DNA of 64,000 nt from Candidatus Micrarchaeota archaeon. Its GTDB lineage: Archaea > Micrarchaeota > Micrarchaeia > Micrarchaeales > CABMGC01. Made by a program: the position numbers and the translations under genes. The stretch is from positions 317-64,316 of the forward strand of contig JAJYYF010000002.1 in the NCBI GenBank assembly GCA_021801225.1, in the 5' to 3' direction. The notes beneath the pieces are model-generated. The model did no database searches and was not told the origin of the DNA. It saw nothing but the letters and a program-made list of their open reading frames with translations. Below are positions 9,276 to 16,792 of the stretch, piece by piece; the first letter of the stretch is position 1, and each line of letters starts with the position of its first letter.

Positions 9276-10640
9276 CTAAGCAATTAACTCTAGAAAATCA
9301 GGATCCTCTAGATATCTTTTCAGTGCATTACCAAAAGCTACTGCATCAGCTCCATCAACTACTCTGTGATCAAATGTAAGTGAAAATGGAAGTATTTTTC
9401 TTATTTGAATCTCACCATCTTTGACTACAGGTGTATCTCTTATTAGATGTATTCCTAATATTGCAACTTCAGGATAATTTATCATTGGGACTGAAAAATC
9501 TCCTCCTCCTAAACTTCCTATATTGGTTATAGTAAATGTTGAGTCTGACATATCCTCTAATGAAACCTCTGCTTTTTTAACTTTCTCTGACAACATTTGT
9601 ATCTCTTTTGCAATATCTGAAATATTCTTCTTCTCAGAATTTTTTATAACTACAACCTTTAATCCATCAGGACCTTGTGCTGCTAATCCTATATTGTAAT
9701 ATTTTTTTAATATTATCTCAAGTTTTTCATGATCATAACTAGAGTTAAATCGTGGATTCTCTTTAATTGCTTCTATTGTTGCCTTAATTATAAATGGTAA
9801 GAAAGTAAGCTTTACATTTCTTTTAGCCATGTTCTCCTTTTCCCTTTTTACTAAATCGTAAAGATTTGTTACATCTATGTGATCCATATGCACTGCTCTT
9901 GGTATTGACCATGATAACTCCATATTCTTTGCTATTGCTTTTCTTGTTTGTGTTAATGGAACTCTTTCAATATCTTCTGTGTGTGACTTTTCTAATGTTT
10001 CTGAAAACTTAGGGATTGATGTTTTCTTATTTGTACTTATTGAAGCGGATCTAACATCATTTTCAAGTATCTTTCCATTAGGACCTGTTCCTTTTACTGT
10101 ATTTATATCAATATTCAAGTCTCTTGCAAGTTTTCTTACGCCTGGTGTTGCAATGACCTCTGTTTTTTGTTGTTGCTTTGTTGTATTCATTTGTGGTTGA
10201 ATTGTATTTGTTTGTTGTTGATTTATGTTTGTTTGCGGTTGTGTCGTAGTTTTTTGTGGCTGTGCTGTGCTAGTTGAAGGAGCATTAATTGCAGCATCAG
10301 AATCCGGCGCAAAACCAAACTCCTTGATACTTTCTTGTTCGTGTATTGCCTTACTGATAACACTACTTGATGGTCCTTGTGTTGTTTGTTGAGGTGTTGT
10401 TGTAGAAACATCATCTCCTACAAATGCTATTGTATCTCCTGTCTTAAGTGTTGTATTTTCTTTTGCAACTATCTTTAACTTACCAGATACTGGTGCAGGT
10501 ATATTTACTACTGCTTTGTCAGTTTCTATCTGTACTATAGTTGTATCTTCTTTTACCGAATCTCCGTCTTTGAACAACCATTTTTTAACATTTCCCTCTG
10601 TTATTCCTTCTCCAACATCAACAAATTTTAACTCTTTCAT
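9276..10640 (-). CDS. Dihydrolipoamide acyltransferase (E2)
   Basis: Lipoyl domain with IETDKAVVNIPAP, Q/T/P-rich linker, peripheral subunit-binding domain (ATPGVRKLARDLNIDINTVKGTGPNGKI), catalytic DHRVVDGADA. Confidence 0.9.
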   Translation of the reverse strand: MKELKFVDVGEGITEGNVKKWLFKDGDSVKEDTTIVQIETDKAVVNIPAPVSGKLKIVAKENTTLKTGDTIAFVGDDVSTTTPQQTTQGPSSSVISKAIHEQESIKEFGFAPDSDAAINAPSTSTAQPQKTTTQPQTNINQQQTNTIQPQMNTTKQQQKTEVIATPGVRKLARDLNIDINTVKGTGPNGKILENDVRSASISTNKKTSIPKFSETLEKSHTEDIERVPLTQTRKAIAKNMELSWSIPRAVHMDHIDVTNLYDLVKREKENMAKRNVKLTFLPFIIKATIEAIKENPRFNSSYDHEKLEIILKKYYNIGLAAQGPDGLKVVVIKNSEKKNISDIAKEIQMLSEKVKKAEVSLEDMSDSTFTITNIGSLGGGDFSVPMINYPEVAILGIHLIRDTPVVKDGEIQIRKILPFSLTFDHRVVDGADAVAFGNALKRYLEDPDFLELIA

Positions 10641-10643
10641 AAC

Positions 10644-11627
10644 TCAACCCTTTAACAGTTTATCCAATGCATAAGATATCTTCTTTTCATTTGGAACATA
10701 GAAGTTTTCATATCCTGGATATGGATATGGGAAACTATTTCCACCTACTCTTACAATAGGCGCATTTAATTTATAAAGCGCTTTTTCAGAAATTCTTGCT
10801 GCTATCTCCGCTCCTACGCCAAAACTTAATGATGCTTCGTGAACAATGGCAACTCTTCCTGTTTTACTAACACTTTCTAAAATAGTTTTTTCATCTATTG
10901 GATTTATAGTTCTCAAATCAATTATCTCAGCATCTAGCTTTTTCTTTTCAACAACACTTTTAACTACCGGAACCATAGTTCCATATGTAACTATACTTAA
11001 TTTACTGCCCTCTCTCACTACCTTTGCTTTTCCTATTGTAACTTCATATGGTTCTTCAGGAACTTCTTCTCTAAATAAACGGTAAAGTTTTGTTGGCTCT
11101 AAAAATACAACTGGATCATTCATTCTAGACGCTTTTATAAGCAAACCTTTTGCATCATAAGGTGTAGATGGTTCCACAACTATTAAACCACCAATGTGCG
11201 AGTAGTACGTTTCTGGACTATCTGAGTGATGTTCTAGTGTTCTGACACCTCCACTTACAGGTGTTCTTACAACCATTGGTAAACTCATATTAGATCGTGT
11301 TCTAGTTCTATATCTAGAAGCGTGATTTATTAATTGTGAAAAACCTAAGAACATAAAACCTGCGAACTGAATCTCTGATATAGGGTGTAAACCTGAAAGT
11401 GCCATCCCTATAGATGTTCCAATAATTCCTGATTCAGCTAATGGTGTATCAACTACTCTATTTTCACCATACTTTTCTAATAAACCTTCAGTAACTCTGA
11501 AAACACCACCGTCTTTTCCTACGTCTTCTCCTAAAATTAACGCTTTGTCATTTTCTTTCAATATTATATCTAATGCATTGTTAAGTGCAGAAACCATATT
11601 CATTTGCATAAAAACACCTACTGCCAA
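10644..11627 (-). CDS. 2-oxoacid dehydrogenase E1 component, beta subunit
   Basis: Transketolase-like pyrimidine-binding and C-terminal domains (LGEDVGKDGGVFRVTEGL..DTPLAESGIIG..). Overlaps E1 alpha by 10 nt; real start probably the internal MQMNM. Confidence 0.9.
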   Translation of the reverse strand: MAVGVFMQMNMVSALNNALDIILKENDKALILGEDVGKDGGVFRVTEGLLEKYGENRVVDTPLAESGIIGTSIGMALSGLHPISEIQFAGFMFLGFSQLINHASRYRTRTRSNMSLPMVVRTPVSGGVRTLEHHSDSPETYYSHIGGLIVVEPSTPYDAKGLLIKASRMNDPVVFLEPTKLYRLFREEVPEEPYEVTIGKAKVVREGSKLSIVTYGTMVPVVKSVVEKKKLDAEIIDLRTINPIDEKTILESVSKTGRVAIVHEASLSFGVGAEIAARISEKALYKLNAPIVRVGGNSFPYPYPGYENFYVPNEKKISYALDKLLKG

Positions 11628-12685
11628 AAGTTATTCGCCTCAGCTTCATCAAACTCTTCACGAAGTGTTTGTGGCATAAAGCTGTAAACTGTACTAAACA
11701 TACTTCTAGGATCTGGTTTAAATCTTTCAGCTTTTTCTACAGATTCATCAACTAATTTAGAAATTGCTTCAGTTTCTTGTTGTTCTCTTGCATCATTCCA
11801 TAATCCTTTTTTAACTAAATACTTTTTAACACGTTCAATAGGATCTTTCTTTTTCCATGTTTCTACCTCAATATCTGTTCTGTACTTTGTAGGGTCATCA
11901 GATGTAGTGTGTAAACCCATTCTGTATGTTACACACTCTATTATCATTGGGCCTTTACTTGAGTTTGTTATTGCATCTTTAGTTGCTTTATAAACAGCTA
12001 AAACATCATTTCCATCTACTTGAATAGAATCGATACCTACTGCTATAGCTTTTTGAGCTAATGTTTTTGCCATTGTTTGTTCATTTCTAGGTAGTGAAAT
12101 TGCCCATTGATTATTCTCTATTATTGTTATTAGTGGTACTTTCCAAACGCCTGCGAAGTTAATTGCTTCATAAAAATCTCCTTCTGAAGTTCCTCCATCT
12201 CCGACATAAACTAAAACGGCCGAGTCTTTTTTAAGATATCGTTGTGCAAAAGCAATTCCTGTAGCATGTGGCATCTGCGTTGCAACGGGAACTATTATTG
12301 GAAATGCATTGAGCTCTTTTGGAAAAACATTTCCTTCCTCAAAACCTCTCCAGTATAAGAATAATGAGTCCATTGGAACTCCTCTTTCTATAAATACTCC
12401 ATGTTGTCTAAAAGCTGGAACAAAGATATCTTGTTTTCTCATAGCCATTGCTGTTCCTATCTGTGTCGCTTCCTCACCTAGTAAAGGTGCATATGTTACT
12501 GCACGTCCTTGTCTTTGAAGACTAAGGACTTTAGCATCGACAGCTCTTGCAAGCATCATTCCTTTATACATCTCTAAAATCTGAGAATCACTTATGTCCT
12601 GTGGCATAACTGTCTGATCTATTTCTCCCTCTTCATTCATTATTTGAAGATATTTAACTGAGCCATTAAACGCTTCACTTATCAA
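11618..12685 (-). CDS. 2-oxoacid dehydrogenase E1 component, alpha subunit (ThDP-dependent)
   Basis: ThDP-binding motif YVGDGGTSEGDFYEAINFAGVWKVPLITIIENNQWAIS. TTG or an internal ATG start is possible. Confidence 0.9.
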   Translation of the reverse strand: MISEAFNGSVKYLQIMNEEGEIDQTVMPQDISDSQILEMYKGMMLARAVDAKVLSLQRQGRAVTYAPLLGEEATQIGTAMAMRKQDIFVPAFRQHGVFIERGVPMDSLFLYWRGFEEGNVFPKELNAFPIIVPVATQMPHATGIAFAQRYLKKDSAVLVYVGDGGTSEGDFYEAINFAGVWKVPLITIIENNQWAISLPRNEQTMAKTLAQKAIAVGIDSIQVDGNDVLAVYKATKDAITNSSKGPMIIECVTYRMGLHTTSDDPTKYRTDIEVETWKKKDPIERVKKYLVKKGLWNDAREQQETEAISKLVDESVEKAERFKPDPRSMFSTVYSFMPQTLREEFDEAEANNFWQ

Positions 12686-13059
12686 AAAAACACCGATTTA
12701 TATAAAAACAATAATACTATTTAAATACTTCTAAATGATTAAGGTAGTTTTCTATCGGTAGTTTTTTAAATAATGTTTTATTACATCGTTTAAAGACGAA
12801 TAGCAAACTTGAGTATATAAATCAGGATAAACAGAACATTTTACGATTATATGAACAATGTAATACAAGGAAAAAAACCAGTAACAGACTCTCAAAAGCA
12901 TATTGGAATAAACGTAGATCCAAGCAACTTTTCAGATTTAATAAACAGTCTTAGAGACAGAACACCTTCAAAAACAAAACCAATTCTAAGAGAAGGAAAA
13001 CGTAACTACATTAACGGAAGTAGTATATTAGAATTATAATTACTTAATTTAATTTTTTA

Positions 13060-14025
13060 TTAAGCTTTTTCTCCTAATAAAGCAAGCTTTGCTAGCATAG
13101 CTTCTAGCTGTATTCTATCATTTGCGCCTTCTACTATTCTGTAATTGCAATCTCCTATCTGTGAGATTAAACGAAGCTTCTTTTTATCATCTAAATCCAT
13201 AGAAACAGCTTCTCTATAGCATTGTACTAGTACATCTTCACCACTCATACCATGTACTAATGTTAATGTATTTAACTCTGTTCTTGCCTTTTCAAAATCT
13301 CCTGAAATTGCACATCTAAGCATTGCAATTACTTCTTTCGGACGAGCTCTAGCTGCAATTTCATAAATAGAAGCTTCTGTTATCTTTTTTTCAGTTACTG
13401 CTGCACTTTGAAGTATATTGGTTAATCTTCTTAAATCTCCTTCACATACATAAAGTAATGCTTCAACTGCCTTTTCATCAATATCCAATGATTCTGAAGC
13501 TGCAACTCTTTTTATATAAGCTTTCATCTCTTCTTCTTTCAATGGCTTAAATCTAAGAACAACACACCTACTTTGTATAGGGTCTATTATTTTACTTGAG
13601 TAGTTAGCTCCTAATATAAATCTAGTTGTAGCTGAGTACTTTTCCATAGTTCTCCTAAGTGCATGTTGTGCTTCTGGCGTGAGAGCATCGGCTTCATCAA
13701 GAAATACTATCTTAACTAAACCACTCGATAAAGGAATTGTTCTTGCAAACTCTTTTACCTTTCCTCTTACTACCTCAATACCTCTCGAGTCGCTTGCGTT
13801 TAGCTCAAGAAACGCTTCGTTTATTGATGTCCCATATAACTCCTTTGCCATTGCTATTGCAGATGTAGTTTTTCCGACTCCTGCAGGTCCTGCAAAGATC
13901 ATACTAGGAAAACTTTTAATTTTAACAAAAGCCTTTAATTTTTCAACTATCGCATCCTGACCTATTACTTCTGTTAATTTAGAAGGTCTATACTTCTCTG
14001 TCCATGAAAGATCTATCTCGGCCAT
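13060..14025 (-). CDS. rfcS: Replication factor C small subunit
   Basis: WTEKYRP box, Walker A GPAGVGKTT, DEAD-type FLDEADALT, SRC motif (QSRCVVLRF). Confidence 0.9.
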   Translation of the reverse strand: MAEIDLSWTEKYRPSKLTEVIGQDAIVEKLKAFVKIKSFPSMIFAGPAGVGKTTSAIAMAKELYGTSINEAFLELNASDSRGIEVVRGKVKEFARTIPLSSGLVKIVFLDEADALTPEAQHALRRTMEKYSATTRFILGANYSSKIIDPIQSRCVVLRFKPLKEEEMKAYIKRVAASESLDIDEKAVEALLYVCEGDLRRLTNILQSAAVTEKKITEASIYEIAARARPKEVIAMLRCAISGDFEKARTELNTLTLVHGMSGEDVLVQCYREAVSMDLDDKKKLRLISQIGDCNYRIVEGANDRIQLEAMLAKLALLGEKA

Positions 14026-14118
14026 GAAATCAATAATTATTAATTTTAAGTACTATTAAGAATACTTAGTATAATATTAAAGATAAAAATATAAAAACTA
14101 TGACATTATTTTCTACTC

Positions 14119-14751
14119 CTAACTCAACACACGTCTTATATTTTCTATGTCAAATTCAATTCTTTCTTTATCTGTAATTCCTTTATATCCAGGTAGAGGG
14201 TCTATTAATTTTATGCCATTCTCAACTATGAATATGTTTCCTCCTCCTTCTGAGTTACCCACCAATATATCTCCATGTCCGATATTATTTTGATGCAATT
14301 TGTAGATAACTGGAATTACACACTCATTAAGGTATTTTACTCTTTTATCTCTTTTTAAAGAAAGAAAAGGTGTTCCACTTACATTTTCAGCAAGATAACC
14401 TACTACATTATTTCTAAAAGTGACTAAACATATCGGTATAGCTGTACTTTCAGGCATTACTCTGTATATCTTTTCAAGTTGATTGAACTCTCCTGTTATC
14501 TCTAACTCTTTGTATCTGACCACTACTGCTCTTTCTGATCTGAATGGATGTTTAAAACTAGCTGTATCAAAAACGTCCTTTCCAAAAAGAAATCTATTAT
14601 CTTGATATATGTCTGATCTTATACACTTAAAAAATACATTATTATTTTTTAATCCTCTTTTTTCTAAACCCGAACATAACTCTACAGAATACAAATCTAT
14701 TTTTTCTAAAGGGAATTGCTTTGTTTTAAAAGCAGAAGAAGACATGTTCAT
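14119..14751 (-). CDS. Hypothetical protein, possible protein-kinase-like fold
   Basis: LHQNNIGHGDILVGNSEGGGNIFIVENGIKLIDP resembles an HxD-x4-N catalytic loop plus a DFG-like IDP. No glycine-rich loop recognised, so the functional call is weak. Confidence 0.35.
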   Translation of the reverse strand: MNMSSSAFKTKQFPLEKIDLYSVELCSGLEKRGLKNNNVFFKCIRSDIYQDNRFLFGKDVFDTASFKHPFRSERAVVVRYKELEITGEFNQLEKIYRVMPESTAIPICLVTFRNNVVGYLAENVSGTPFLSLKRDKRVKYLNECVIPVIYKLHQNNIGHGDILVGNSEGGGNIFIVENGIKLIDPLPGYKGITDKERIEFDIENIRRVLS

Positions 14752-14784
14752 ATCTAAAGTTATAAACTTTCAGATATTTAAATT

Positions 14785-14876
14785 AGCCCCAGCCAGATTC
14801 GAACTGGCGTTTGCAGGTCCAGAGCCTGCCGTCCTTTTATGTCCTAATTAAAAGGTGACCACTAGACGATGGGGCT
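14785..14876 (-). tRNA. tRNA-Gln (anticodon CUG) with a ~20-nt insertion (putative non-canonical intron) in the D-loop
   Basis: Reverse complement AGCCCCA TC GTCT AGTGGTCA[..CCTTTTAATTAGGACATAAAA..]GGAC G GCAGG CTCTGGA CCTGC AAAC GCCAG TTCGAAT CTGGC TGGGGCT. Acceptor, anticodon and T arms all pair. The D stem GTCT/GGAC is separated by 29 nt instead of 7-11. No encoded CCA. Confidence 0.8.
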
Positions 14877-14967
14877 TTAATTGTAGTTATTTTATTTATT
14901 TTGTTAAAGAGAGTTATTAAACTTTATTGTTTAAATATTAACATTTGTTTAATTAATGTGTTAATAT

Positions 14968-15660
14968 ATGGCAAACGCTAGAAGTAATATTCCCACAAAA
15001 GAAGAGCTTACTGACTTAATAATAGCAGACATAGCTTTATCTATAGCATTTTCTATTATTTTAGGATTTAAAAATTTCATATATTACTTTCCTATGGCAT
15101 TAATTGCGGTAACAGTTTCATTTATACTTCATGAATATATGCATAAAATTACTGCACAGCATTTTGGAGCTGTAGCTGCCTTTAAAAGATCTGATTTTGG
15201 TATAATAATTGCCCTTGTAACCAGTTTTATTGGATTTTTAATGGCAATGCCCGGAGCAACAATGATATACACTAACAACTTCACAAAAAGAGAAAACGGA
15301 ATAGTTTCATTAGTAGGTCCTTTAACAAACTTGATACTGTTCTTTATTGTGTTTGCATTAGCATTTCTAATACAATTTAATACATACATAGAAGCAACAT
15401 TAATTTTTACTGCATTCATTAATCTATGGTTAGCTTTCTTCAACATGCTCCCCATCTACCCACTTGATGGAAGTAAGGTTTTAAGTTGGAACAAATTAAT
15501 TTATGGGACCATGCTTATTGCAACCATTGTGCTACTTATTTATCTAACTCCGTTTATAGGATTTTCAGTAATCGGAATGATATATAACATAATCTTCTTG
15601 TTAATTATTGCGATAATAATGTCAACACTCTACAGAGGAATACTGTTTCGTGGATTTTAA
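14968..15660 (+). CDS. Site-2 protease family (M50) membrane metalloprotease
   Basis: HEYMH (HExxH) inside a TM helix, and NMLPIYPLDGSKV (NxxPxxxLDG) in a later TM. Polytopic. Confidence 0.8.
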   Translation: MANARSNIPTKEELTDLIIADIALSIAFSIILGFKNFIYYFPMALIAVTVSFILHEYMHKITAQHFGAVAAFKRSDFGIIIALVTSFIGFLMAMPGATMIYTNNFTKRENGIVSLVGPLTNLILFFIVFALAFLIQFNTYIEATLIFTAFINLWLAFFNMLPIYPLDGSKVLSWNKLIYGTMLIATIVLLIYLTPFIGFSVIGMIYNIIFLLIIAIIMSTLYRGILFRGF

Positions 15661-15707
15661 TAAGAAAGGTTTTTATATCAAATAAAATATATGCTTCTAT
15701 CGATTTT

Positions 15708-16283
15708 ATGTATTTTAATATGAAATCTGATGATGCTCAGAAATGGAGCCAAGATAAATTATCTAAATTAACAAAAAAAACTGATACGTTAGAGAATTAT
15801 ATCCATGCAGGTATAATAAAGAGGGCAAAGAGTTATTATGAAAAGGAACTAAAATGCACAACTAATCAAATAGAAATTAGTGATTTCGTAAACGCTAGAA
15901 GAGTTACTGACACTGTTGTGGTTTGCGATAACAAAATACAAGATAAACCACATCCAAAAATATTTGAGCATATATTATATAATTGCTATGGAAGTTTTAC
16001 AGAAAATTATAAAATAATGAATAAATTTTTTCAAAAATTATATGATACATTTGGTCCAAAATTAGAAAGTACTTACTCTACAAAATTATTAATTAGTAGA
16101 TTAAAAATGTTAGATGACATCTGTGAAAGTTCCTTTGATATTTACATTAAACATTTATTAGCACTTGAAACTGAAACTGAAAAGGATCAAATCAGAACAA
16201 CCTCTAATTTATTTAAGATACTTAAAAAAGAACAGGGAAAACTAACAGACGATTTAGAAGGCCTTATTGAAAAGTATAGATAA
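15708..16283 (+). CDS. Hypothetical protein (helical, cytoplasmic)
   Basis: Long ORF with coding-like composition; no motif recognised. Confidence 0.5.
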   Translation: MYFNMKSDDAQKWSQDKLSKLTKKTDTLENYIHAGIIKRAKSYYEKELKCTTNQIEISDFVNARRVTDTVVVCDNKIQDKPHPKIFEHILYNCYGSFTENYKIMNKFFQKLYDTFGPKLESTYSTKLLISRLKMLDDICESSFDIYIKHLLALETETEKDQIRTTSNLFKILKKEQGKLTDDLEGLIEKYR

Positions 16284-16292
16284 AGTGAAAAT

Positions 16293-16787
16293 ATGTCTAA
16301 TGAGCCATCAAAATTAACAAAAAATCAAAAAATAGTTAAAGATTGGCAGCAGGATACAGTAATGACAAACATAGCCTTTTTAGATAAAAGACTAACTGAC
16401 ATCGATGAACGCATTTTTATAAAATATCTTCGTGTATTAAAAAGAGAAAAAAAAGATCCTGAGTTTATTTATTGTGCACTAGAAAACTGTTCAAATGATT
16501 TAGTGAATAGTTCTAATAAAGTAATAAAAACAATCCAAGAAATATCTAATTCAACTTATACATTAGCTGATACTAAATTAAATAATAGACTTGGAGCTAT
16601 AAAATTATTGAGTAGAAATATAGACATCTTTAGGGATAGAATAGAGGAGCAAATAGTCAATATAGAAGAAAATCTCCCAAAGCTATATTTACATGAACTA
16701 ATGCACATACGCGTGAAAATATTTTCTAAAATACTTAGAAATCACTCAAAAGATTTTTCTACAGATTGTAAAAAAATAATTTCATAA
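16293..16787 (+). CDS. Hypothetical protein (helical, cytoplasmic)
   Basis: ORF 9 nt after the previous gene, preceded by AAGTGAAAAT-ATG (SD-like GTGA). No motif recognised. Confidence 0.5.
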   Translation: MSNEPSKLTKNQKIVKDWQQDTVMTNIAFLDKRLTDIDERIFIKYLRVLKREKKDPEFIYCALENCSNDLVNSSNKVIKTIQEISNSTYTLADTKLNNRLGAIKLLSRNIDIFRDRIEEQIVNIEENLPKLYLHELMHIRVKIFSKILRNHSKDFSTDCKKIIS

Positions 16788-16792
16788 AGTAA

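Noticed and set aside
12851-13039. A 62-aa ORF in the gap between the E1 alpha and RFC genes
   Set aside because: It has no SD-like GTGAT/GGAGG context and no motif, and it sits in what should be the promoter region of the dehydrogenase operon. It cannot be excluded as a small protein, but it is unsupported.
14609-14851. An 80-aa ORF running across the tRNA-Gln gene
   Set aside because: It overlaps the 3' part of 14119..14751 in antisense and the tRNA itself. The tRNA cloverleaf is a far better explanation of the GC-rich segment.
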